From NCBI GenBank assembly GCA_036268895.1, contig DATATH010000069.1, positions 1-42,355 on the forward strand: a DNA stretch of 42,355 nucleotides. The letters are read 5' to 3'. This document shows positions 30,139-39,478 of this stretch, one piece after another. The notes beneath the pieces are model-generated. The model searched no databases. It was not told the origin of the DNA and saw nothing but the letters and a program-made list of their open reading frames with translations. Positions within the stretch are counted from its first letter, which is position 1. The number at the start of each line of letters is the position of its first letter. The position numbers and the translations under genes are program-made. The stretch is from Sphingomicrobium sp. GTDB taxonomy: Bacteria; Pseudomonadota; Alphaproteobacteria; Sphingomonadales; Sphingomonadaceae.

Positions 30139-31443
30139 CTAGACGAGCGGCGGCTGCTCATCTTCGCTGGGTCCCTGCCGGATCCGTCGCGGCGGAGCTG
30201 GCCGCGCGGGCGGCTGGCCCGAATCCGACCAACGCTCGAGGATGCGCGCCGCAGCGTCGCGGCCGCCAAGACCGAAGGCAAGCGAGCAGGCGACTGCAGC
30301 CGAGCCGAAGATCAGCCCGAAAGCGAGCTCCACGATTTGGTCGGCCAGGCCCATGAAGGTGAGGCCGATGGCGGTGAACAGGGCGATGATCGAATAACGG
30401 ACCAACGTCTGCGCATAGCCACCTTCGCCGGTTCCGCTCGCGACCAGTCCCGAGACGATCCTTGCAAGGAAGATTCCGACGACGATGATGAGGGTCCCGA
30501 AGATCACCTTGCCGCCAAGCTCCGTCACCTGGGCAAGGAAGATGGCGACCGTTCCGCCGCCAAGCTGGCTCGCCGCCTCGATCGTTGCTGCGAGGATCAC
30601 CGCGATCATCGCGATGTTGGCGACGATCCTCGAGGGAAAGGCATTGGGCGGAAGGATCCCGGTTGAGCGGATCGCGTCATCGAACCCGGTCGGCGGAAGG
30701 ATCGCTTCGATGATCGTCTTCAAAAAGCGGCCGGCGACGAAGGCGATCCCGATCCAGAGCGCTGCCGCGAGCACGTGCGGGATTGCGTCCAGGATCTCGT
30801 TCAGCATCACTGTCGCCGGTGCGGAGATCGACGTGATCTTCAAGGCCTGGAGCGCTGCAATTCCGACAGGGATGATGATCAGCGCATAAAAGAGGACTCC
30901 AACGGCACGGGCGATACTCGCGCGGGTGGATCCCGGCGCCGTTCCGGGCGGGACGGCTTCCGCAGAGGTGCGGACGGTTCCCTCGGTCGATCCGATGCCG
31001 ATCCGGGCAAGTAGACCGTCGACGTTTGCAGCGACGAGCGCGGTCTCGATGAGTCGGCGCACGATCCGGGCAACAACCAATCCCAAGAAGAAGATCAGCC
31101 CTGCAGCGAGAAGATTCGGAAGGAAGGCGAAGATCTCGGTCACGAGCTCGTTGATGGGAGTGAGGATCTGGCCGAGGTGCAGGAACTGAAGCGCGGCCAT
31201 GATCCCGACGAGCCAGATGATCAGCTTGGCGATCGTTCCGAGCTGGTGCCCAACCGTCTCCTCGGGGGTTCCGGTCACATGTTTCCTCAACGCCGGGCTT
31301 TTATCGATAGCCTTCTTGAGGACCCATCCGACCACTCTTGCGACGATCCAGGTCGCGATGAGTATGAGGATTGCGATGAGGATCTTGGGTCCCCAGTACA
31401 TCGTCTGCGCCTGCCAATAGGCGCCCGAATCGACCTGGTACAT
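30139..31443 (-). CDS. Mechanosensitive-channel-associated TM-helix repeat protein (CmpX-like)
   Basis: Repeated 'FLPNLLAAGLIFFLG'-type units and C-terminal LAFGLGGRDAA. Confidence 0.75.
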   Translation of the reverse strand: MYQVDSGAYWQAQTMYWGPKILIAILILIATWIVARVVGWVLKKAIDKSPALRKHVTGTPEETVGHQLGTIAKLIIWLVGIMAALQFLHLGQILTPINELVTEIFAFLPNLLAAGLIFFLGLVVARIVRRLIETALVAANVDGLLARIGIGSTEGTVRTSAEAVPPGTAPGSTRASIARAVGVLFYALIIIPVGIAALQALKITSISAPATVMLNEILDAIPHVLAAALWIGIAFVAGRFLKTIIEAILPPTGFDDAIRSTGILPPNAFPSRIVANIAMIAVILAATIEAASQLGGGTVAIFLAQVTELGGKVIFGTLIIVVGIFLARIVSGLVASGTGEGGYAQTLVRYSIIALFTAIGLTFMGLADQIVELAFGLIFGSAAVACSLAFGLGGRDAAARILERWSDSGQPPARPAPPRRIRQGPSEDEQPPLV

Positions 31444-31475
31444 GTGCCTATGCTCCCTCGCTCAGCCTTTAAGGG

Positions 31476-32816
31476 TCAACCATTCTCGTGGGCGCTTTGA
31501 GTCAGCTGTTTGCGCCGCTCTTCCCAATAGTCCAGCCGCTCTTTCACGCGCGCTTCGAAGCCGCGGTCGGTGGGCTCGTAGAACGCCTGCTGTTCCATCT
31601 CCTCGGGCCAGTAATTCTGCCCTGAAAATCCCTCCTCGGCATCATGATCGTAGGCATAGCCCTTGCCGTATCCGACATTCTTCATGAGCTTCGTCGGCGC
31701 ATTCAAGATGTGCATCGGAGGCATCAGCGAACCCGTTTCCTCGGCGCTTCGCCAGGCCTTCTTCTGGGCGATGTAGGTCGCGTTCGATTTAGGAGCGGTC
31801 GCAAGATAAAGGCAGGCTTGGACAATCGCGATCTCGCCCTCGGGCGAACCCAGGAAATCATACATCTCCTTGGCCGCGAGGCATTGGACAAGCGCCTGAG
31901 GATCGGCCATTCCAACGTCCTCGACCGCGGCCCTCGTGAGGCGCCTTAAGACGTAGAGCGGCTCTTCGCCGGCAACCAGCATCCGCGCAAGATAATAAAG
32001 AGCAGCCTGCGGATCTGAACCACGGATGCTTTTGTGAAGCGCCGAAATGAGATTGTAATGACCTTCGCGATCCTTGTCGTAGACCGGCACCCGCCGGTGA
32101 AGGAGGTCGCTGAGCTCGGAAGGGGATAGGGGTTTTCCGATCTCAACCGAGAACAGAGTCTCGACCTGGTTCAGAAGGAAGCGCCCGTCGCCGTCGGCGC
32201 TCGCGATCAGCGCCTCTCGCGCCTCGGTTTCGACCGGGAGGGGGCGGCCCTGCAGTGCCTCGGCCCGGCGGACGAGCTCCTCGAGTGCGTCATGATCGAG
32301 GCGCCTCAGGATCAGGACCTGGCATCGCGAGAGCAAGGCGGCGTTGATTTCGAAGCTCGGGTTTTCCGTCGTCGCTCCGACAAGAGTCACGGTCCCGTCC
32401 TCGACATAAGGAAGGAAACCGTCCTGCTGAGCCCGGTTGAAGCGGTGGATCTCGTCCACGAAGAGCAGGGTCTTCTTGCCGGCGCGAGCGGCGGTCCGAG
32501 CGTCGGCGAAGATCTTCTTCAAATCGGCGACGCCTGTAAATACCGCCGAGACCGCAACGAACCTCAAGCCCACGGCATCGGCGAGAAGCCTTGCAATGCT
32601 GGTCTTGCCCGTTCCTGGCGGTCCCCAGAGGATCATCGATGAGAGCCGGCCCGCTGCGACCATCCGCCCGATCGCTCCTTCGGGGCCGGTCAAATGCTCC
32701 TGGCCGACGATATCATCGAGTGATCCTGGCCGAAGCCGGTCGGCGAGCGGGGCGCCCTCGGAGGGCGCCTCGGCCGGTCGGCTCGGAAGTTCCTGGTCGG
32801 CAAAGAGGTCGGCCAT
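31476..32816 (-). CDS. rarA: Replication-associated recombination protein A (MgsA/RarA AAA+ ATPase)
   Basis: PLADRLRP, WGPPGTGKT, DEIHRFNRAQQD, GATTENP and HYNLISALHKS. Confidence 0.95.
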   Translation of the reverse strand: MADLFADQELPSRPAEAPSEGAPLADRLRPGSLDDIVGQEHLTGPEGAIGRMVAAGRLSSMILWGPPGTGKTSIARLLADAVGLRFVAVSAVFTGVADLKKIFADARTAARAGKKTLLFVDEIHRFNRAQQDGFLPYVEDGTVTLVGATTENPSFEINAALLSRCQVLILRRLDHDALEELVRRAEALQGRPLPVETEAREALIASADGDGRFLLNQVETLFSVEIGKPLSPSELSDLLHRRVPVYDKDREGHYNLISALHKSIRGSDPQAALYYLARMLVAGEEPLYVLRRLTRAAVEDVGMADPQALVQCLAAKEMYDFLGSPEGEIAIVQACLYLATAPKSNATYIAQKKAWRSAEETGSLMPPMHILNAPTKLMKNVGYGKGYAYDHDAEEGFSGQNYWPEEMEQQAFYEPTDRGFEARVKERLDYWEERRKQLTQSAHENG

Positions 32817-32861
32817 GAGTCTCAACTAAAAGTTGAACGGAGAAATTGCACGGGCTCTTGC

Positions 32862-32890
32862 TTAAGATGCAGCTAAGATATATCTAAGAC
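32862..32890. promoter_or_regulatory. Candidate PadR operator
   Basis: Palindrome AGATATATCT (32876-32885) with TAAGA repeated at 32863, 32874 and 32885 (11-bp period), just upstream of the PadR gene. Confidence 0.55.
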
Positions 32891-32911
32891 CGATCTAAAG
32901 AGGAGACGGGC

Positions 32912-33541
32912 GTGGGACATGGACGTCAGGGTTGCGGACCTCGCGGCCGTTTTGAAATCAGCCTTCCCGAAGGCTTGCTGGCAATGCGCGGAGGCCGTGG
33001 CTGGCATGGCAGCTGGGGACCGTTTCAGTTCAATCTCGGCGACGAAGGCTGGAGCGGCGGCCGGCGCGGAAGGCGCTCTCGGCGGATGTTCGAGGGCGGC
33101 GAATTAAGACTCGTTCTTCTAAAGCTCATCGCCGACGAACCCCGTCACGGCTACGACCTCATTCGCGCCATCGAGGAGCTGACGGGCGGCGAATATGCGC
33201 CAAGTCCCGGAGTCGTTTATCCGACCCTGACCCTTCTCCAGGACATGGGCCTCATCGAGGAAGCAGCGGGCGAGGGGCCAAGAAAGCCTTTCCAGGCAAC
33301 CGACGAAGGTCGCGCTCATCTGGAAGAACGGTCCGAGGAGGTCGACGCCTTGTTCGAGCGCCTCTCGGATCTCAAACCCCGCGAATCCAATATGGCCGGC
33401 CCGGCGATCGGCCGTGCAGTCCGCAATCTGATGACCGCCTTGAGCCACCGAGTCGGCCGCGACGGGCTCGACGACGAGCTCCTTCACGAGATCGCAGCGA
33501 TTCTCGACGATGCCGCTCAGCGGATCGAGCGCATCAAATAA
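32912..33541 (+). CDS. PadR family transcriptional regulator (YqjI-like)
   Basis: GELRLVLLKLI..PRHGYDLIRAIE...YAPSPGVVYPTL. Confidence 0.9.
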   Translation: MGHGRQGCGPRGRFEISLPEGLLAMRGGRGWHGSWGPFQFNLGDEGWSGGRRGRRSRRMFEGGELRLVLLKLIADEPRHGYDLIRAIEELTGGEYAPSPGVVYPTLTLLQDMGLIEEAAGEGPRKPFQATDEGRAHLEERSEEVDALFERLSDLKPRESNMAGPAIGRAVRNLMTALSHRVGRDGLDDELLHEIAAILDDAAQRIERIK

Positions 33542-33545
33542 GGCT

Positions 33546-34715
33546 CTAGCGTCCCATCATCCGTGCCAGCCGCTCGCGCTTGTGAATGGCGTGGAGGTAG
33601 ACCCGAATGACGGTCGCGTTGATCGAGTCCCAGTCCATCGTCTTGGCAATCGCGAGCGCCGCCTCGCCGTGGCGCCGGCGAAGATCCGGATCGCCCGCAT
33701 AAGCTTCAAGGGCGTCGGCGAATTCGTCCGGCTCGGCGCCGTCGACGAGCATTCCGGTGACCTTGTCGCGAACGAGGTTCGTCGCACCTGTTGCCTCCGC
33801 GGCGATCACGGGAAGAGCGCAGGCCATCGCCTCGAGAGTCACGTTTCCGAAGGCTTCCGTGATGGAGGGGTTGAGCAGCAGGTCGGAGCTTGCGAGCGCT
33901 CGCGAGAGGTCGTTGCCGGTCAGAAGGCCAGTGAAGATCGCATTGGGGAGCTGCTCCTGGAACCAGCCCTGCGCAGGGCCTTCACCGATCACCAGCACCC
34001 GGTATTTGAGGCCGCGGGTCTCGAATGCGTGGATTGCGTCTGAAAAGACATCCAGGCCCTTTTCCATCACTACCCGGCCTAAGAAGGCGATCACCATTTC
34101 GTCGTCTGCGATCCCGATCGAGCGGCGCCATTCCATGTCGCGTCGCTCCGGGTTGAATTGCTCGCGGTCGACCCCGCGCGCCCATAGAGCGATGTCCCGG
34201 TTCATGCGCTGAGCGCGAAGAATGACCGCAGTCGATTCTGCCGGTGCCATCACGACTTCGCAACGATGATAGAAGCGGCGCATGATGTCGCGCGCCAAAG
34301 GCTCGAACGCCTGCAGGTGATAATAAGCAAGATAGGTGTCGAAGCGCGTGTGGACCGATGCGACCGCGGCTACCCGATGGCGCCTCGCCCATGTGACTGC
34401 GCGGTGCCCGACGATATCGGGGCTCGAGACGTGGACGACATTGGGGTTGAACTCGGCAAGGTCGCGCTTCACGCGCGCCGGGAGCACGATCGGAAGCCGG
34501 TATTCCGACCGACTGGGGATCGGGATGCCAGGAATGCTGACGAGATCGCCCGTCGCCGGAAATGCAGGATTTTCGACCGTCGGCGAATAAACCCGGACCT
34601 TGACGCCCTGCCGGATCAGATATCCCATAAGGCGATTGAGCGCCTGGTTGGCCCCGTCGCGCACATAATTGTAATTGCCCGAAAAGAGGGCGACGCGGAG
34701 GTCCGTCGGCTTCAT
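33546..34715 (-). CDS. Glycosyltransferase family 4 (GT-B fold)
   Basis: RVALFSGNY, SVHTRF, GRVVMEKG and EAFGNVTLEAMACALP. Confidence 0.9.
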   Translation of the reverse strand: MKPTDLRVALFSGNYNYVRDGANQALNRLMGYLIRQGVKVRVYSPTVENPAFPATGDLVSIPGIPIPSRSEYRLPIVLPARVKRDLAEFNPNVVHVSSPDIVGHRAVTWARRHRVAAVASVHTRFDTYLAYYHLQAFEPLARDIMRRFYHRCEVVMAPAESTAVILRAQRMNRDIALWARGVDREQFNPERRDMEWRRSIGIADDEMVIAFLGRVVMEKGLDVFSDAIHAFETRGLKYRVLVIGEGPAQGWFQEQLPNAIFTGLLTGNDLSRALASSDLLLNPSITEAFGNVTLEAMACALPVIAAEATGATNLVRDKVTGMLVDGAEPDEFADALEAYAGDPDLRRRHGEAALAIAKTMDWDSINATVIRVYLHAIHKRERLARMMGR

Positions 34716-34739
34716 CGGCAGGGCTGTAGGGGTTAATTC

Positions 34740-35237
34740 TTGGCCGTCAAATTCGGACTGCCGCTGGTCGCTCGAAGCGACGCTCGCCTCTTCATTCTCG
34801 GTAGCCTTCCGGGCGATGCCTCGCTTGCCGCGCGCCGTTACTATGCCCATCCGACCAACCAGTTCTGGCGACTCCTCGAGAGCTCGATCCAAGAGGAATT
34901 GCAGCCGCTCTCCTACGAGAAGCGATTGGAGCGGCTCGCCGAGCGGCGTATCGGCCTATGGGACGTAATCGCCTCGGCAAGCCGCATCGGAAGCCTCGAC
35001 CAGGCGATCCGCGAGTCCGAGCACAACCAGATCGAGCATCTGCTCAAGGATTTCGCAGAGCTTCGCGGAATCGCCTTCAATGGATCGACCGCCGCTTCCG
35101 TCGGCCGAAGGCTGATCGGCGATCCGCCGCCGCAATTGACCCTCATCGCCCTGCCGTCCTCGAGCGCGGCGAACACGAAGCGGTTCGACAAGAAGGCGGC
35201 TGCCTGGGCTCAGATCGCTCAATTCGTCCTGCCATAG
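34740..35237 (+). CDS. DNA-deoxyinosine glycosylase (UDG superfamily)
   Basis: LGSLPG..SL...YYAHPTNQFW, GLWDV, AFNG and LPSSS. Confidence 0.85.
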   Translation: MAVKFGLPLVARSDARLFILGSLPGDASLAARRYYAHPTNQFWRLLESSIQEELQPLSYEKRLERLAERRIGLWDVIASASRIGSLDQAIRESEHNQIEHLLKDFAELRGIAFNGSTAASVGRRLIGDPPPQLTLIALPSSSAANTKRFDKKAAAWAQIAQFVLP

Positions 35238-35271
35238 GAGCCTTTAGCTTGCGCGAAGCGTAGAGCAATGC

Positions 35272-35577
35272 ATGATCAGTCTGATGATGCAGGAAGACGA
35301 GGTCAGCGACAGCGACAAGAGGCTGTCGATGGTGGACGAAGCGCTTGTCGCGGGCACGATCGCGAACACCAACGGCCTCCTCGTCATTCTCGCCAAGCTT
35401 GTCGCCAAGGGTGTTTTCGACCGCACGGACCTGCAGTCCTTTTCCGACAGTTATTCAAAGCCCCTCGACCATGTCGGAATGCGGGAGAATGAGCTCGTCA
35501 GCCAGATGCAGGATCAAATGGAATCGACGCTCGCCGAGCTGATGCGATATCTTAGCGATCGCGATCGCGACGGCTGA
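35272..35577 (+). CDS. Conserved hypothetical protein
   Basis: Helical, acidic 101-aa ORF with host-like codon usage; start uncertain. Confidence 0.6.
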   Translation: MISLMMQEDEVSDSDKRLSMVDEALVAGTIANTNGLLVILAKLVAKGVFDRTDLQSFSDSYSKPLDHVGMRENELVSQMQDQMESTLAELMRYLSDRDRDG

Positions 35578-35659
35578 TCCGCGCCGCCGGCGGTAATTGA
35601 CTAGCGCCGCTCGAGCCCACATATGGCCGCCTCCGCCGCACCTGTTCCTTCGTAAAAAC

Positions 35660-35735
35660 GGCCCCTTCGTCTAGCGGTCTAGGACGTCGCCCTCTCACGG
35701 CGAAAACACGGGTTCGAGTCCCGTAGGGGTCACCA
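35660..35735 (+). tRNA. tRNA-Glu(CTC)
   Basis: Acceptor GGCCCCT/AGGGGTC, anticodon arm TCGCC-CTCTCAC-GGCGA, T loop TTCGAGT, encoded ACCA. Confidence 0.96.
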
Positions 35736-35789
35736 GAGACGCTGTTCCATGGCGTCCCATTCCGTCTCGGAACGCTGGGAGGCCCAAGT

Positions 35790-36809
35790 CTACTGAGCTA
35801 CAATCCTGACCAGGTGAGGCCCGGCGTCCTGCTCTTCAAAACGGACTCGGACGGGAAGAAACTTGGAGATCACTTCCGCCGCGGTCCGCGCGTGCTGTGA
35901 AGGTTTCACGGTCGTGAAGCTTCCGCGCCCTGCCAACGCGAACGGCAGCAGCAGTTGATCAGCGAGATAGGGACCAACGGCCGCGGTTGACGCGAGATAT
36001 CCCGCCATCCGCTTCGCGGCGTGCTCACCCACGGCTTCCGCCGGAACCCCGAGCTTGCCGAAGCCGCTCGTCATTTCGGTTACGTTGTCAAACTCGGCTT
36101 CCGCCATGATGATGTTGCCGGGACCGACACGCTCCGGCAGCTGGACGATCTTGCGCGCATCCTCGGGCCAACCGAGGATCTTCTCGACTGCCGCCAACTC
36201 CCTGACCGCGATCGCACCAGGCAGGCCCGCCACCATCGCCCGCGCTTCGAGGCGGCGCAGCTCGCCTCGCTCGATGAGGTCCATCGGCGTGAGTGCGGCT
36301 GCGGGCTGGATCTCGACTCCGACGTGGCCACCTCCGGCCGGATAGAAGCCGGGCCGCTTGAGCTTCGCCGTGACGCGCGGCCCCATCCGATTGATGACCG
36401 GAAGAAAGACGCGCTCAATGAAATCGAACGGTGGCGCGTAGATGTTATGCGTTCCGCCCTCAAGGACGAGCCGCGAAGGTCCGTCCGCGAGGAGCAACGG
36501 AGGGAGAACCGTTTGCAGGACGAGGCTCGTGCTGCCGGCGTTGCCGACCGCAAAGTGATAGTCGCCGGCCTTTACCTTGCCCGGCACGAAACTGATTTCG
36601 GACGCCCCGACCACGAGTTCGTCGCATTCGCCGCCCACGGCGCAAGCGGCTTCCACCGCCGTCATGTGCTGACGCATGACCCCCGCACGCGCGCGGTTGC
36701 CGCGGATGTTGGTCATGGTGAATGCGTGCCCCGTGACCAGGGATAGCGACAAGGCCGTGCGCAGCACCTGACCGCCGCCTTCGCCTTGAGATCCGTCGAT
36801 CGTGATCAT
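35790..36809 (-). CDS. rtcA: RNA 3'-terminal phosphate cyclase
   Basis: IDGSQGEGGGQVLRTALSLS, GGTH, GFYPAGGG, LADQLLLP and catalytic SQH. Confidence 0.95.
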   Translation of the reverse strand: MITIDGSQGEGGGQVLRTALSLSLVTGHAFTMTNIRGNRARAGVMRQHMTAVEAACAVGGECDELVVGASEISFVPGKVKAGDYHFAVGNAGSTSLVLQTVLPPLLLADGPSRLVLEGGTHNIYAPPFDFIERVFLPVINRMGPRVTAKLKRPGFYPAGGGHVGVEIQPAAALTPMDLIERGELRRLEARAMVAGLPGAIAVRELAAVEKILGWPEDARKIVQLPERVGPGNIIMAEAEFDNVTEMTSGFGKLGVPAEAVGEHAAKRMAGYLASTAAVGPYLADQLLLPFALAGRGSFTTVKPSQHARTAAEVISKFLPVRVRFEEQDAGPHLVRIVAQ

Positions 36810-37627
36810 TGGTTCACAAGATCCAGGAAGAATCGATCGACCGCCGCCCGGTCGTCCGCTGAGGGCAGCCGTTCGGGCAACTCTGCAGCGCGGGAGAGCT
36901 CGTCACGAATGAGATTGTCGAGGTCCGGCGACCGGCGCGCGTTGCCGAGTTCACGTGTCCTGCTCTTCGCTTCCACCAGTTGCTGGATAATCTCGACAAG
37001 CGTCTCGGGCAGGTCGCTCGCCACGACAAGATCCTGCAGGTTCATCGGCGGGAGCTTCGCACGTTCGAGCCGCAACGTGCGGATCGCGAGTGCCGGTCTA
37101 AGGGCATAGAAATACCGCTTCACCGGAACATCGTCGTTGCCGCCAAGCCATCGCTCCGCCGCGTTCTGCCCGAGGTTGGCATAGTGGAACGCGACACCGC
37201 GAGGATTGAAGGTCTGCCGCACCAGGTCGATGAGCCGAGCGGTCGCGGGATCGTCAGGTCGATAGCGGATCGGCGACGACAGCCATTCGCTGACGATCGC
37301 GTTCGAACCGAGCAGCAGGCCCAGCGTCTTGCGAATGTCCCAGCCGTTCAGGTCGATGTCGTCAGTGATCGGCTGTTCGATGACATCGCGTCCTGGCTCG
37401 AGGGCGAGATACCAATCTCTCGGCCGGACGTACATGAAGCGCACGTCGTAGTCGCTGTCGGGCGACGGGAAGCCCCAGGCGCGCGAGCCGGATTCAACTG
37501 CCAGCAAGAGGCGAACGCCTTCCTGCTCGACGGCCGCGAGACGGCTGTCGATCTCGAGCCGGATATGCTCATCGATATGGAGAGGCGCGGTACGCTTCAC
37601 CATGGGAAATGATTGCGTGAAGGGCAC
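36806..37627 (-). CDS. Pol-beta-superfamily nucleotidyltransferase (RlaP/YcgL-like)
   Basis: ESGSRAWGFPSPDSDYDVRF (GS...DxD), GWDIRK and KRYFYALRP. Lies between rtcB and rtcA; start is the GTG at 37627 or the ATG at 37603. Confidence 0.85.
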   Translation of the reverse strand: MPFTQSFPMVKRTAPLHIDEHIRLEIDSRLAAVEQEGVRLLLAVESGSRAWGFPSPDSDYDVRFMYVRPRDWYLALEPGRDVIEQPITDDIDLNGWDIRKTLGLLLGSNAIVSEWLSSPIRYRPDDPATARLIDLVRQTFNPRGVAFHYANLGQNAAERWLGGNDDVPVKRYFYALRPALAIRTLRLERAKLPPMNLQDLVVASDLPETLVEIIQQLVEAKSRTRELGNARRSPDLDNLIRDELSRAAELPERLPSADDRAAVDRFFLDLVNQ

Positions 37628-38854
37628 CTAGCCCTTCACGCACACCACCTGCTTTAGCGTGTGGACGATCTCGACCAGGTCCGCCTGCGCAGCCATCACG
37701 GCCTCAATCGGCTTGTACGCCTTTGGCGTCTCGTCGATCACTCCCTCGTCCTTGCGGCACTCGACGCCTTCAGTGTCACGGATGTGCTCATCCAGGGTCA
37801 CGCGCTTCTTGGCCTCGGTGCGGGACATCACGCGCCCGGCTCCGTGGCTGCAGCTATCGAAGGCCTCCGCATTGCCGAGCCCACGGACGATGAACGACTT
37901 GGCGCCCATCGACCCTGGGATAATGCCCATCACACCCTTGGCGGCGCGGACAGCGCCCTTGCGGGTGACGAGGACATTCTCGCCGAAGTGATTCTCCCGA
38001 GCGACATAGTTGTGGTGGCAGTTGACCGCCTCAAGCTCCGTCTCGAAAGGCACCGCAATCTGGCTCCTGAGCGCGCGGATGACATTGGTCATCATCATGC
38101 GCCGGTTGAGCGCCGCATAATCCTGGGCCCAGCCGACCGCCTCGACATAGTCATCGAAATGGTCCGTCCCTTCGGGGAAGTAGGCCAGGGCCTCATCCGG
38201 AAGGTTGATGTACCACTTGCGCATGTCCTCCTTCGCAAGCTCGATGAAGAAGCTTCCGATCGCGTTCCCGACCCCGCGGGAGCCAGAGTGGAGCATGACC
38301 CACACGCTCTGATCCTCGTCGAGGCAGAGCTCGATGAAGTGGTTGCCGGTTCCGAGCGTGCCGAGGTGCACGAGGTTGTTCGTGTTCTTGAGCCGCGGAT
38401 GCTTTTCGCAGAGTCGCTCGAAGCGCTGCGCGAGCGTGGCCCAGGCATCGACGATCGCCGGCGGCGGATCGCCCCAACTGCCCTTGTCGCGCTTGCCGCG
38501 GCCGACATCGCGGCCGTGCGGAACGGCCTGCTCGATTGCAGAACGAATGCCTTCGAGATTGTCCGGTAGGTCGCTCGCGACGAGCGACGTCCGCGCCGCC
38601 ATCATGCCGCAGCCGATGTCCACGCCGACCGCGGCCGGAATAACGGCCCCCTTCGTCGGGATCACCGAACCAACGGTCGCGCCGATGCCGACGTGAACGT
38701 CCGGCATGGCCGCAACATGCTTGAAGATGAACGGCATCTTCGCGGCACGCGAAAGCTGGTCGCGCGCCTTGTCGTCAACAGGCACACCCTTAGTCCACAT
38801 CTTGACGTGTCGGCCGCCCTCGACCGACATCACTTCGAAACTCTGCTCGGCCAT
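37628..38854 (-). CDS. rtcB: RNA 2',3'-cyclic phosphate/5'-OH ligase
   Basis: MPDVH, GVDIGCG, GTGNHF, HSGSRG, CHHN, PGSMG, SCSHGAGR and DETPKAYK; GGAGG RBS before the ATG at 38854; 408 aa. Confidence 0.97.
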   Translation of the reverse strand: MAEQSFEVMSVEGGRHVKMWTKGVPVDDKARDQLSRAAKMPFIFKHVAAMPDVHVGIGATVGSVIPTKGAVIPAAVGVDIGCGMMAARTSLVASDLPDNLEGIRSAIEQAVPHGRDVGRGKRDKGSWGDPPPAIVDAWATLAQRFERLCEKHPRLKNTNNLVHLGTLGTGNHFIELCLDEDQSVWVMLHSGSRGVGNAIGSFFIELAKEDMRKWYINLPDEALAYFPEGTDHFDDYVEAVGWAQDYAALNRRMMMTNVIRALRSQIAVPFETELEAVNCHHNYVARENHFGENVLVTRKGAVRAAKGVMGIIPGSMGAKSFIVRGLGNAEAFDSCSHGAGRVMSRTEAKKRVTLDEHIRDTEGVECRKDEGVIDETPKAYKPIEAVMAAQADLVEIVHTLKQVVCVKG

Positions 38855-38887
38855 GCGGCCCTCCATCAATAGCTGTACTCGTAAAGA

Positions 38888-39012
38888 TCGTCAGGGCGGC
38901 GACAAGGGTTTGCCGAGACAGTTCATGCTCTATCCACTGAGCTACAGGCCCGGAGGCCTGGCCGGACTCGAACCGGCGACAATGTAGTCCCGACGGCATT
39001 CGCCGCTGACGA
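38888..39012 (-). ncRNA. yrlA: Y RNA-like unit 7 (canonical YrlA-type fold)
   Basis: GGCGAAUG..GUCGGGAC-UACAU scaffold, T arm GCCGG-UUCGAGU-CCGGC, capped acceptor CAGGCC-UCCG-GGCCUG, UA, D arm GCUC-AGUGGAUA-GAGC, closing GUCUCGGC...GUCGCC. Confidence 0.85.
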
Positions 39013-39018
39013 AACGGT

Positions 39019-39139
39019 GGACGACGAGTTGTGGCCGGACATTTTTTACTGAGCTATCCGGTTGCCCGGAGACGGAATCGAACCGCTGACCTCCTGCCTG
39101 CGCAGGTGCTCTCCCATGTAGTCCGACCGGCATTCGCCC
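39019..39139 (-). ncRNA. Y RNA-like unit 6 (tRNA-Ala-like insert, opened in the D loop)
   Basis: Scaffold plus GGGAGAGCA-CCUGC-GCAG-GCAGG-AGGUC-AGCGG-UUCGAUU-CCGUC-UCCGG-GCAA-CCGGA-UAGCUCAG. Confidence 0.75.
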
Positions 39140-39150
39140 GTCTGATCGGT

Positions 39151-39236
39151 GCCGGCGACGAGTGATGATGAGAACTTGCGGACTCGAACCGCAGGCCGAA
39201 GCCTTCACCGATGTATTCCCATCTGCATTCGCCAGC
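39151..39236 (-). ncRNA. Y RNA-like unit 5 (UUCG hairpin plus T arm only)
   Basis: Scaffold (GAUGGGAA/UUCUCAUC) plus AGGC-UUCG-GCCU and GCGG-UUCGAGU-CCGC. Confidence 0.72.
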
Positions 39237-39246
39237 TTTGTTCGGT

Positions 39247-39316
39247 GGCGGGACAAGGAAAGTAGCCAAGACCTTTTCGTACCAAAGCGAATGTAGTCCT
39301 GGCCAGCATTCCCGCC
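39247..39316 (-). ncRNA. Y RNA-like unit 4 (minimal, single short hairpin insert)
   Basis: GGCGGG/CCCGCC and GGCCAGGAC/GUCUUGGCU stems, AAUG and UACAU motifs, insert UCG-CUUUGGUA-CGA. Confidence 0.68.
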
Positions 39317-39332
39317 GTTTCAGCAATTCTGT

Positions 39333-39466
39333 TCGCGGCGACCAGGGTTTGGAAAGACCTCCTGCTCTACCGACTGAGCTACGGGCCCCCATGATGGACC
39401 CGGCGGGACTCGAACCCGCGACCTGGCGCTTACAAGGCGATGTAGTCCTTCCGGCATTCACCGCGA
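39333..39466 (-). ncRNA. Y RNA-like unit 3 (full permuted tRNA with a UGU anticodon loop)
   Basis: Scaffold plus CGC-CUUGUAA-GCG, AGGUC, GCGGG-UUCGAGU-CCCGC, CGGGUCC-AUCAUGG-GGGCCCG, UA, GCUC-AGUCGGUA-GAGC. Confidence 0.82.
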
Positions 39467-39478
39467 TTTCTCCCTGAA

